A stretch of DNA of 64,000 bases from Calditrichota bacterium (GTDB lineage: Bacteria; Electryoneota; AABM5-125-24; Hatepunaeales; Hatepunaeaceae): contig JABGPL010000007.1 in the NCBI GenBank assembly GCA_018644935.1, positions 700-64,699 on the forward strand. Direction: 5' to 3'. A program made the translations under genes and the position numbers. Every line of letters starts with the position of its first letter. The first letter of the stretch is position 1. Shown here one piece after another: positions 28,120 to 37,464 of the stretch. Under the pieces are notes generated by a model, which was not told the DNA's origin, did not search any database, and was given only the letters and a program-made list of their open reading frames with translations.

Positions 28120-28677
28120 TTAATTACAAGTCAGTATAGGGGGTTCTACCTTAAATCCATTTATGAAATATGGTTTCTTCTTCATGATCTCTAAGAACTT
28201 ATCCACATATGAGTCAGGAATAAAGAATGTTGCAATTGATGTGTCCTTATTCGGAGTATAATATGAGGTTTTGGAATACACAATTAGTTGATGTATCTTG
28301 AGTTCCATTAGTGTTCTTTTTAGGTCATCATCTACTATTTTAAATGGAATTTGTGTTGTAGAATCTCGATCAAAGATTTTGTATACTTTATCCCCTCTAA
28401 CAGCTTCTTCAGTAGTTCTTACCCGAACCTTATAAATCGATGTGTAAAAGGTAGATAAATCATCTAAAACAAATTTTGTGTGATCAAACCAGACTCGATT
28501 GAGGTCTGGTTCTCTATAGAGGATGCCTGAATGCATGTGTATTTGTACTGGGCTACAGTATGTCTGAATCCAGGAATTTGGTCCACCATTAAAAATTGCA
28601 CAACCAAGAAGAAAAACAGATGAAATTGAATAAAATAATAAACAGCCTAAGACTCTTCTTTCCATGTTTGCTTCCAA
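28120..28677 (-). CDS. hypothetical lipoprotein
   Basis: Signal peptide with a lipobox (SSVFLLGC). Starts 17 nt downstream of the cNMP/FHA gene stop. Confidence 0.55.
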   Translation of the reverse strand: MEANMERRVLGCLLFYSISSVFLLGCAIFNGGPNSWIQTYCSPVQIHMHSGILYREPDLNRVWFDHTKFVLDDLSTFYTSIYKVRVRTTEEAVRGDKVYKIFDRDSTTQIPFKIVDDDLKRTLMELKIHQLIVYSKTSYYTPNKDTSIATFFIPDSYVDKFLEIMKKKPYFINGFKVEPPILTCN

Positions 28678-28694
28678 ATCGTTAAAGAAAAGAA

Positions 28695-29477
28695 CTACCC
28701 AACAACAATCTTAAAACTATACGTTGAAGCATCACTCCCCAGCACCAGTTCATTTACCCCATTTGTAAGGAAAACAGGTCCTGGTACGCCCGTATCCCCG
28801 CCGATTCTTTGACCGTTGACTGAACATCCAAGTGAGCTTCCGCGATCTTTCACTCCAATCCTGCCGTCTTTGTTCACAATCGAAACATGGTTGCGTGAAA
28901 CTTGTATTCGCTTGTGTGGTACTACTAATTCCAAGTTGTTTATTGCCAGTGGATCACGGCTTTTCCTGCCAATCCAAAATGGGAATCTGGTGAGCTCACA
29001 AGTGCTTTGCTTGAGAGCCTCCTTTGCCTCGGTGGTAATGCCCTCAATAGTGACTCCCGGCGAATCGGGATTGAGCAAACTCTCCACTGATCCAACAGTA
29101 TTTTCATTGGCTGATGTTGAGCCAGCCAGCATTTGTAGTATGGTCGTATTTGCTTCTCTGAGTCGTTCAAACAACGATTTCAGGATATTTACTGCAATCG
29201 CGGAATTGCTCTGAAGCAGATTGAGGAAATCTTCGCGATGAATGACTGAAACAGTTGTGTCTTCAATTGCCTCTACAGTTGCGCTTCGAGGTTTCTCATC
29301 TATCAGGCTCATTTCACCAAAAGTTTCATTGGCATTTATGAATGCGAGATGTGATTTTTTCCCTTCCCAAATTCGGGAGACCTCAACCTTTCCCGTTTCA
29401 ATGAAATAGGCATCTTCGCCAATCTCATTCTCTTTGATAATGGGTTCACCAGCTTTGTACTTCTGTAGAGATACCAC
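28695..29477 (-). CDS. cyclic-nucleotide-binding domain + FHA domain fusion protein
   Basis: N-terminal CAP-type cNMP fold (GEPIIKENEIGEDAYFIETGKVEV...FGEMSLIDEKPRSATVEA). C-terminal FHA-like region (FPFWIGRKS...VSRNHVSIVNKDGRIGVKDRGSSLGCSVNGQRI). GTG start. Confidence 0.75.
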   Translation of the reverse strand: MVSLQKYKAGEPIIKENEIGEDAYFIETGKVEVSRIWEGKKSHLAFINANETFGEMSLIDEKPRSATVEAIEDTTVSVIHREDFLNLLQSNSAIAVNILKSLFERLREANTTILQMLAGSTSANENTVGSVESLLNPDSPGVTIEGITTEAKEALKQSTCELTRFPFWIGRKSRDPLAINNLELVVPHKRIQVSRNHVSIVNKDGRIGVKDRGSSLGCSVNGQRIGGDTGVPGPVFLTNGVNELVLGSDASTYSFKIVVG

Positions 29478-29624
29478 GAGATTGCCTTTTAAAAAGTTCT
29501 TCTTCTTCTGTCTCTTAAATCAATCTAACGGTAAAGATACTTAAATCTTTTCTCGCTGACAATTACTGAATCTGTAGAATCATTCCAAAGGGATTATTTT
29601 TCACACTCTGAAAGTGCTGTCTTT

Positions 29625-29874
29625 CCGGCGAACGCCGGTGTCCAGAGAATTAAGCTTGAAATGATGCAAAGCAGGATAATCATTCCCATTCTGTCCATCC
29701 GTCGGTAGACGGATTCAGTAGTATTATATAATGAATCCGCTTGGCAGCGGATAGTCGAACAGGAATGTTTGACCTCCTGGGTTTGCAGTCAGATGAGGAC
29801 ACCTGACTGCACTTTCGATAGAGTTACATCTTTCACCCTTCGGGTGATAACAAGCAGGAATGCTTGTTCTACCG
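29625..29874. repeat. array of six intergenic hairpins (BIME-like cluster)
   Basis: CCGGCG-AA-CGCCGG (29625-38). ATCCGTC-GGTA-GACGGAT (29697-714). ATCCGC-TTGGCA-GCGGAT (29735-52). GTCGAACA-GGAA-TGTTTGAC (29754-73). GCAGTCAG...CTGACTGC (29785-810). TCACCC-TTC-GGGTGA (29833-47). AACAAGCA-GGAA-TGCTTGTT + CTACCG (29849-74). Confidence 0.75.
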
Positions 29875-29891
29875 TTCTTTTTGTGGGTATC

Positions 29892-32800
29892 CTACCTTAC
29901 CAGCATCGCCTTTCTACTCAATACAATGCCTGATGTTTCCAATTTGATTACATACATCCCCGAAGGAACATTTGCAGCACTCCAGATTGTTGAATATTTA
30001 CCTGCCACTTGATTGCCACTCACCAAACTCGAAATAAACCGCCCCTTTATGTCGAAAATGTTTATATCGACTTCCGATGCTTTTGGCAATCCGTATTTTA
30101 TGTTCACAGATGAATTGAATGGATTCGGATAAGCGGGAGCAAGGTGAAGTTTAACTGGGATATTGCTGTCCTGCTGAATGTAATTGGGTGGTAGCAGATC
30201 TAATGACATAATTGAGAGTCCGCCGTTTGTCCACTGAGCGGAACCTCCTTCCAGAGTAATTTCAGATCCCTGCTCAATATCGGATTGGAGATCCCAAACA
30301 TAAATCGAAAATTCTTCACCATCGCTAAAGCCTTCAAGGCTGTCGGGAGTTTCCGGATTGTCACCATAGGCGTAAATCAGCAGGTTTTCAAAGGGAATCC
30401 ATACTCCAGCACCAGCGAGATTTCCGTCGGAACGGAGCAGCCCGATTTCCCAACCTCCGGTAACTTCGCCAAACTCATTTCTGATATCAGTGATCAACAT
30501 TTGATGACTCAATTCGCTCTCTGTGAAATCGACGAAATGATTAGGTTCTCTGCCATTATCTTCAGCGTCCCACACCCTTATATTAATCGAGGTCTCGACG
30601 ACGTTTCTGTCCGGATCATTAGAATCAAACCTCAATACTGCGAGATGTCCTCCATCTTCAAGATTCTCGGTGTTGATGTAGACTTCTATTTCTTCCGATT
30701 CATCTGATAAAAGTGATCCACGTTCGGGCCAAACTGAAATCCAGTCATTTTTACCAGCGAGGTAATTCATATACCAGCAAACTTCGTCACCTACAGAACC
30801 CCAATGTGGTGCTTCTCTGTGATTTTGATGTTGGTGACCGTCAGTCGTTCCCGCTACAATACAAAAACCGCGTCCGTATCGGTAAACAATGATTCCTGGA
30901 AGATGTTTTTCCTGATCTTGCCTGACTAAAACCTGATGCCAGTTACTATTTTCAATGTTGGCTATATCATCAGGTTCATAGTAAGTGTGTAATAGACTAT
31001 TGCCATCGAGTCTAACCCCAGTTCGCCAGTTCATGAGATCTGCCAGATAATTGTAATCTGGGTTTTCAGGATTCTGATTGGCTACCACCAAACCCCGTTG
31101 AGAACTACCGCCCGTTCGATAAAGTCCGCCAGGATGTACGGGGATAGGATCAAAGTTATTGGTCCCACTGCTCGCGTATAGTACCCCACCATTATCGACC
31201 CATTCTTCAATTCGTTCAAGATTTTCGTTATATGCAAAATTGAACTCGTCTTCCTGCTCTGTGTGACATATCCAGATTGCTCCAAAATTGTCGATTGGAA
31301 AGTCCCCAAATTGATCTGAGGCGAATCGTTCATACCTGAATTCATTACCAATTTCATCCATCACCAACTCTCCGAGGTCACCACCCCATGCAGGTTGATC
31401 CTGGAAGAAAGCGAAGAGGACATTAAATTCATCCTGATTTGGTTGATTCTCATATTCAAGTGACGCTTGCCATGTCAGTTCGTGATTACCTGTATTTCGA
31501 ACTGTAACTTCGAGTTCGTCCTTGTCTTGGATAAGAATATGGCTATTTATCGCCTGAGGTGCAACTTCTATTTGCTGGACATTTGCTTCAGTGACTTCAA
31601 CTATTATCGAGATCCTTACTTCGTTATTTTCCGGATCATTGGTAAATAGAGTAATGTCAGCTTCGTGATCCCAAGGCTCAAGATACGACGAGTTTATTGT
31701 AATAGTAAAGCACAGGGAATCTTCCGGATTAACGATTGCCTCTTTGGGATTCCAGTCGAATGAATTCATTTGATCATCAAGGTTGGAAAGGGAACGAAGG
31801 TACCGCAACATTCCCTCACCGGTCGAACCCCAAATAAAGTCATCCGGATTTCCATGTTGATGTCCATCAGTAGTACCCGAAACCACGCAATAGCCGTTAC
31901 CATAATTGTAGTTCACAACTATCGGTATTCCCTCCTCCTCAGGACCCATAACCATTACGTTGAAAATGTCAGAGTTTTCTATTCTCATCAAATCCTGGAC
32001 TGAATAACCTGTATGAGACAGATTCTCGCCTACCAATTCTGTTCCAATGTCCCAATCCATAAAATTAAAAAGTAAGTTCTCATCCTGAGTTAGCACAGTG
32101 ATCCCAAGTGGTGAGAAGTATTCAATTCTTATCAGACCTCCGGGATGAATCGGTGCAACATCCCAATTGTTAGTTCCCGTACACATATAATATGCGCCAC
32201 CCGCAGCAACCCATTCCTCAAATTTTTCAAGATTATTATTATATGCTGCTATCCAGGCGTTAGGCTGCTGGTTGCCGATCCAAATCGCATCATAAACAGA
32301 TAAATCTACTTCATCAAAAGCATTAGCACCTCTGAATCTTCGATAACTAATGTCCTCAATATCTCTCCAAAATATTCTTTCCAGATCATAATCCCAGGGA
32401 CTTGTTTCTGCAAAAAGAGCAAAATGAGTTGGATCAATGTCCCCATCGCCAGGTCCATTAAAGATTTGAATTTGTGATGTGAATTCAAGAGCACTTTCGC
32501 CATTATTGTAAATTTGTATGTCAAATTCGCGTTTTTCGCCTTGTGTTATTGAAATAACCACCCCAGCTTCTTCTAAATCCATATTGAATTCAGGATCTCC
32601 CTCAGGAGCAGGATCAATAAAGAGCTTTCCAGCACCGAATGTGTTGTCCTTACCCCGCCTGCCAACATCCTCTGCTAATAACTCCATATAGTTTTTTGTC
32701 TGAAGTGCAGTCATTTCTGGGAATTGAGACCTGACTAATGCCGCAGCACCAGCTACATGTGGTGTTGATCCGGATGTACCCCAGAATCCATTTTCTCCGT

Positions 32801-34286
32801 AGGTAAATGTCAAACATGCATCCATCCCGCAAATGTCAGGCTTGATCCGTCCGTCATAGGTGGGACCGATTGAACTGAAATCTTCTGGAGCGACATCATC
32901 GTTATCCCAAACCTCGTAGTTGATCGCTCCGATGGTAAAGCAGCCTTCTGCTACTCCTGGGATTGTAACGCTGCCCTCAGGAATTCTGTACCCGAGCCCA
33001 TGTCTTGAAAAGAGTGTGAAATCGACCCCCTCAACACCATCAAAATTTAATATTCTGATTCCGTAGTTCCCAGCTCGTTCAGCTTCAAAATTCACAGCTT
33101 CAGAGGGTTGATCATCTCCATCCTGTCTGTTGTTACCAACGGCTACAACCTCCCAAACACCCATGTCGCCCATGTGGACTAACTCGATGTCATAATCAAT
33201 GCCGGTTCTTGGGTAGTCATCCCATGCAAATGTTACACCGAAGGTTGTCCCTGCGTTAAAATTCGACATGTTGTCAGGATCTGGACCGAAGTGATTCACA
33301 AATATGTTTTCGCCCTGCCCGAAATTGTGATATACCCCCTGTTCACGGCTGTCGAATTCTGCGCGGTAATGGGTTGCTGTGTAGTTTCCGGCTGAAGAAC
33401 AAAAGAGCAGGTCGTTTTCCATTGCATCATTGATTATTTTCGAGACACGGTCATTTCCGCCGTAATAGTCACGATCGGGAGTCCAATAAGCTTTCGACAT
33501 GCTGATTACATCTACACCGTGAGCAAGACAGTAATCAACTGCATTTTCAAGTTGGGCTCTCCCCCAAGATTTGACGAGGTAAAACTCAGCTTCAGGTGCA
33601 AAATCATACATAATTTCAGCACATGCTGTACCATGAGGATCATTGTTATCTTCAAAATCTTGACCTGTCGTGTTGTAGGCTATATAGTCAGGTAATTCTC
33701 CCTCGTCTCGAGCTTCTGCTGCGCGAGCGAAACTATTGTCGAAAATAGCGACTCTCACTCCTTCCCCCAATATTTCAGCATCATGAAACAAGTTACCTCC
33801 TGCTTGTTCAAAACCCTGAGTGGTGACTGTTTGTTCTGCCCTGAATGGTCTGTGTGCCTGTGAAACAGATTCAAGAGAGTTTATTAGCTCAACCAGATTT
33901 TCTATTGGTACCCATATCTCGATGAATTGTTTTGAGAGTGCATAGACTTCAGCATCAGCCTGTTTGAGCAGCAGGTCTGGAATTTCCTCAGCTAAGCGAT
34001 TGTTGTGCAATCTCAGCTCGACAAGAACTTTGCCGTCCTTAAACTCAACTCGACTTTGCTGACCATATTTCACAGCAGACTGAACTCCTTCAGTTGAATT
34101 CAGGTCAATGAGGTTTGACAACACAGATTCGAGTTTATCGTGGGTCGGTTTGGGAGTGAGTTTTCCAGAGATTTCAATAGTTGAACTTGCGAGTTTTTCA
34201 ACTGGGACAGTTGGCAAATCCGGGATTTGAGCAAAAACAGAAATTGAAACAAAAAGGACAAAAAGTATCGCGAATTTTATTCCCAT
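29892..34286 (-). CDS. subtilisin-like S8 peptidase with a duplicated ~220-aa module and T9SS C-terminal sorting domain
   Basis: Signal peptide. Catalytic triad D183 (VAIFDNSF), H218 (DPHGTACA) and S505 (GTSGSTPHVAG). The C-terminus is AYPNPFNSSVNIKYGLP...MYVIKL. Confidence 0.85.
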   Translation of the reverse strand: MGIKFAILFVLFVSISVFAQIPDLPTVPVEKLASSTIEISGKLTPKPTHDKLESVLSNLIDLNSTEGVQSAVKYGQQSRVEFKDGKVLVELRLHNNRLAEEIPDLLLKQADAEVYALSKQFIEIWVPIENLVELINSLESVSQAHRPFRAEQTVTTQGFEQAGGNLFHDAEILGEGVRVAIFDNSFARAAEARDEGELPDYIAYNTTGQDFEDNNDPHGTACAEIMYDFAPEAEFYLVKSWGRAQLENAVDYCLAHGVDVISMSKAYWTPDRDYYGGNDRVSKIINDAMENDLLFCSSAGNYTATHYRAEFDSREQGVYHNFGQGENIFVNHFGPDPDNMSNFNAGTTFGVTFAWDDYPRTGIDYDIELVHMGDMGVWEVVAVGNNRQDGDDQPSEAVNFEAERAGNYGIRILNFDGVEGVDFTLFSRHGLGYRIPEGSVTIPGVAEGCFTIGAINYEVWDNDDVAPEDFSSIGPTYDGRIKPDICGMDACLTFTYGENGFWGTSGSTPHVAGAAALVRSQFPEMTALQTKNYMELLAEDVGRRGKDNTFGAGKLFIDPAPEGDPEFNMDLEEAGVVISITQGEKREFDIQIYNNGESALEFTSQIQIFNGPGDGDIDPTHFALFAETSPWDYDLERIFWRDIEDISYRRFRGANAFDEVDLSVYDAIWIGNQQPNAWIAAYNNNLEKFEEWVAAGGAYYMCTGTNNWDVAPIHPGGLIRIEYFSPLGITVLTQDENLLFNFMDWDIGTELVGENLSHTGYSVQDLMRIENSDIFNVMVMGPEEEGIPIVVNYNYGNGYCVVSGTTDGHQHGNPDDFIWGSTGEGMLRYLRSLSNLDDQMNSFDWNPKEAIVNPEDSLCFTITINSSYLEPWDHEADITLFTNDPENNEVRISIIVEVTEANVQQIEVAPQAINSHILIQDKDELEVTVRNTGNHELTWQASLEYENQPNQDEFNVLFAFFQDQPAWGGDLGELVMDEIGNEFRYERFASDQFGDFPIDNFGAIWICHTEQEDEFNFAYNENLERIEEWVDNGGVLYASSGTNNFDPIPVHPGGLYRTGGSSQRGLVVANQNPENPDYNYLADLMNWRTGVRLDGNSLLHTYYEPDDIANIENSNWHQVLVRQDQEKHLPGIIVYRYGRGFCIVAGTTDGHQHQNHREAPHWGSVGDEVCWYMNYLAGKNDWISVWPERGSLLSDESEEIEVYINTENLEDGGHLAVLRFDSNDPDRNVVETSINIRVWDAEDNGREPNHFVDFTESELSHQMLITDIRNEFGEVTGGWEIGLLRSDGNLAGAGVWIPFENLLIYAYGDNPETPDSLEGFSDGEEFSIYVWDLQSDIEQGSEITLEGGSAQWTNGGLSIMSLDLLPPNYIQQDSNIPVKLHLAPAYPNPFNSSVNIKYGLPKASEVDINIFDIKGRFISSLVSGNQVAGKYSTIWSAANVPSGMYVIKLETSGIVLSRKAMLVR

Positions 34287-34457
34287 ATGGAACTCCTGAT
34301 GGTAACTAACTGAAAATACTGATCAAAACAGACAACTACATTATAGGAATTTAATAGTTCAATTACAAATGTAAACCATCATAGAGGTTGTTGTGTGAAG
34401 TTGCATGTTCCTCACGCGCGAGTGTTGAGAATTAGTTTGTATTCTAATATTGTTAAT

Positions 34458-34498
34458 CCGCTTTACAGCGGGTGGTCGGACAGGCAGGTCCAACCTAC
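34458..34498 (-). repeat. two adjacent REP-like hairpins (CCGCT-TTAC-AGCGG, then GTCGGAC-6 nt-GTCCAAC + CTAC)
   Basis: Same two-hairpin arrangement as 731-776 and 2080-2123. CTAC at 34495-34498. Confidence 0.6.
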
Positions 34499-34534
34499 TG
34501 TTTTGGGGGCTGCGAAATCTGAATCAAGTGTAAA

Positions 34535-34569
34535 CAAAAATCCCTACCCCTTTGAACAGGGGTAGGGAT
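34535..34569 (-). terminator. rho-independent terminator of the cytochrome gene
   Basis: 11-bp stem ATCCCTACCCC/GGGGTAGGGAT. On the minus strand it is followed by TTTTT. It lies 15 nt after the stop codon. Confidence 0.8.
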
Positions 34570-34583
34570 TTAGGAATCAAATT

Positions 34584-37091
34584 CTAACTAAAAAAAGTTC
34601 CAATCACAATTAAAGCCAGCAACGCCAATCCGACTAACAATGCGCCAAATCCGAAAATGTAGATCGGAATGCGAAGCAGTAAACGCATCGGCGGGACCTT
34701 GATCTTATCTATTTTACCTTCTTCCTTTAGCTGTTCGTACCACTTGCCGCGTTCCTCAGTCAGGTAATGTTCACTCATGCTGCCGGTGAATATGACTTCA
34801 TCAAACGGGAAGTTCTCGGGGCGCAGATGCTCATTGAAGAAGTGGATCGTGAATATAAATCCGGTTGCAAGTAGTGCTTCCTCGCTGTGGATAATATGAG
34901 CAGCATTGATCGCCCATCCGGGGAGGATGTTCGTGAAAAACTCAGGGAACCATAGAGTCAAGCCGGACACGCCGATAATTGCTACACCCCAGAAAACCGC
35001 GAGGTAATCAAATTTTTCCCAATATGCCCATTTGCCGAATTGAGGTTTTTTAGCCATTCCGAGGAAATATCCAATATGCTGAATAAAATCCTTCGCATCA
35101 TGAAGCTGTGGCGTGAGGCTATCTCTACCCCAGAACATTTTTTTCAGGGTAATGTGCTTATTTTTCAACTGGTATATCAGTTGACTGATATGCAGTGTGA
35201 AGTAGAGGAGCGTCAACACTGCACCAATTCTATGCAGGATAGCCATAGTGCGCAAATCAATAAGGTTAGTTGCCATCCAGTGAGCGGCAGCAGATTGACT
35301 GTATTTTAACGGCAACCCAGTTAAAGCGAGCGTCAGGAAGCTGATTATCACAATAACATGCAACCACCTGTCATAGAGGTTGAACCGGATATATCGCACT
35401 TTTTTACTTTCTTTATCAACCTTACGGGGTCCATGCTTTATCCTGTCGACAATCGCTCTTCCAAACCACAGGAGACTGTGAATTCCAAACACCGACAGGG
35501 TTATCCCGAGCAGCCAGACCATAAAATGATGAATGATGCTCAAGATGAGGTTCTCTTCCTGAAACATCGGATCGTAGTGCTGGAGCATCCCAACGAAATT
35601 TTCATTAGCATCTTCATGGCACCTGCTGCAGGTTTCGATGATGTGCTGACGAGAAATGGTTGACGCGGGATTGTCTGAAGGCAGAATCAGGTGATTGTCA
35701 TGACATGAGGTACAGGTTGCGAATTCTTTCCCTTGATAACCGAGTGAATAATTCTGACCATGATAGGTTCCTAAGTATCCTGAAATTACATTTGGGTTTA
35801 GCTGGAACTTCAGCGACACGTCGTAATCACCGTGACATGATGCGCACAGTGAGATTACCGTTTGTCCGTCAAACTTGCTGCTGATACGCTCAACTTCACG
35901 TTCACCGTGGCATGTCACGCAGGTTGGGGCTTCCGGATGTCCCTTGCGATTGGAGATGCCATGTGCGCTACGTTCATAATCACGATTTTGTTCAGGGTGA
36001 CAGTTCTTGCAGCTCATTTGCTCTTGAGCCGTTTCGAGATGATCGGCATCTGAAATAGCCCAGTGATAGAGGTGACATTGGGTACAGTTGGCTGCATCGC
36101 CATTATTCCGAACAGTCATTATCTTGCCGTGAGCAAGATTTTCCTTTTTATGACGTGTTTCACCATGACAACGGTTACATGTATTTGGCAGATTTTCGTT
36201 GAATATCGTGCTCTCAACGCGTTCCATTTCAGTATGGTGTCCCGTATGGCAGGCGACGCAGGTCATCAATCTGTCATCGACATCGGCTTTGCGGTGAATG
36301 GTTGAATTGTGTCCGGGGTGACAACGGTCGCAGGTGGCATCGAGTTTGTCGATATGAACCGGTGATTTTGGATCCTCAGTAGCATACAATTCGTGAATAC
36401 CATGGCAATCCGTACAAATCGGTGCCTTTACATTACCTTCTTTAACTTCATTATAATGCTTGGAATCAATGTAATTGTCCGACTGTTTTTGATGGCATGT
36501 CAAGCACTTAGCAACAGTGAACATCCGCCAGTCCGCAGGGAGCATGTCAGCACCTTCGCCTTTTGTATGGGCGGAGTGACAACTCGTGCAGTTTATTCCG
36601 TTTTTACTTCCACCGGCTGGTCCAGTGAAATGGATGGATTTTTCAAATTGTTTTCTCTGCTCACTATGGCAGATCCCACAGACTGTTCGAGTATCTGCTT
36701 CTGTTGTGATTTCATGTGTTCCATGACATTGTGTACAGCCGGGGATACTCGTAAATCCCCTCTTAGCGAGGTGATCATAGAATCCAGACATATAAACATC
36801 AAAAGCATCCTCATGGCATTCTGAACAATTGACTGGCGGGATTCTTTCCGGGTGTGGAAAATCGTCAAATCCATCAAGAGTAGTGTGACAGTCCGTGCAC
36901 GAAAAACCCTCATGAACTGAATGTCCCAGCATTTCCTGATTTGCAAAAAGAGAAGTTTCTATCCCGCGAACCGTTCTGGTCATACTCTCGTCATCATGAC
37001 AAGCCTCGCACATATCATCCTGTGCGAAACACAGCCCAGTAATCAATAGCAGGATTACGGATAGAATAAAAAAGGTTTGTAAAACTCGCAA
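34584..37091 (-). CDS. 17-heme c-type cytochrome fused to a C-terminal multi-TM cytochrome b-like domain
   Basis: Signal peptide, then 17 CxxCH motifs counted in residues ~28-500. About six TM helices follow, with conserved His residues (IIHHF, WLHVIV, ILHRIG, AAHIIHSEE). TTG start. Confidence 0.85.
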   Translation of the reverse strand: MRVLQTFFILSVILLLITGLCFAQDDMCEACHDDESMTRTVRGIETSLFANQEMLGHSVHEGFSCTDCHTTLDGFDDFPHPERIPPVNCSECHEDAFDVYMSGFYDHLAKRGFTSIPGCTQCHGTHEITTEADTRTVCGICHSEQRKQFEKSIHFTGPAGGSKNGINCTSCHSAHTKGEGADMLPADWRMFTVAKCLTCHQKQSDNYIDSKHYNEVKEGNVKAPICTDCHGIHELYATEDPKSPVHIDKLDATCDRCHPGHNSTIHRKADVDDRLMTCVACHTGHHTEMERVESTIFNENLPNTCNRCHGETRHKKENLAHGKIMTVRNNGDAANCTQCHLYHWAISDADHLETAQEQMSCKNCHPEQNRDYERSAHGISNRKGHPEAPTCVTCHGEREVERISSKFDGQTVISLCASCHGDYDVSLKFQLNPNVISGYLGTYHGQNYSLGYQGKEFATCTSCHDNHLILPSDNPASTISRQHIIETCSRCHEDANENFVGMLQHYDPMFQEENLILSIIHHFMVWLLGITLSVFGIHSLLWFGRAIVDRIKHGPRKVDKESKKVRYIRFNLYDRWLHVIVIISFLTLALTGLPLKYSQSAAAHWMATNLIDLRTMAILHRIGAVLTLLYFTLHISQLIYQLKNKHITLKKMFWGRDSLTPQLHDAKDFIQHIGYFLGMAKKPQFGKWAYWEKFDYLAVFWGVAIIGVSGLTLWFPEFFTNILPGWAINAAHIIHSEEALLATGFIFTIHFFNEHLRPENFPFDEVIFTGSMSEHYLTEERGKWYEQLKEEGKIDKIKVPPMRLLLRIPIYIFGFGALLVGLALLALIVIGTFFS

Positions 37092-37464
37092 ATTAAAAAC
37101 CTGTTAAACTTAAAAAAAACTTATGTGGATTCCGGTTTCTTATTTTGATATGAATCCGGATGTAAATTGCACTGGAATTTCAATTAACCCCTATTGCAAA
37201 GGCACAAAAGTTAGAGTTGGTAAATTCTTTGTAACCGAAATTTAGCTTGGAAGCGGTACAAAGTCAAGGTTTGATTACTCGTATTGTGAAATGTAACTCA
37301 ATATCATTATAATTGCTGCAATGTCTATATTTTGGAGTATAGATTGAAGCATGGGTTATATGAACAAAATTTGTTACTACATTGTGAAGGCCTGTTATCC
37401 CAATATTTACTGTCACTTTAAATTGGAACAAAGATTTTATATATTATGTTAAGTAAAAGGATTC

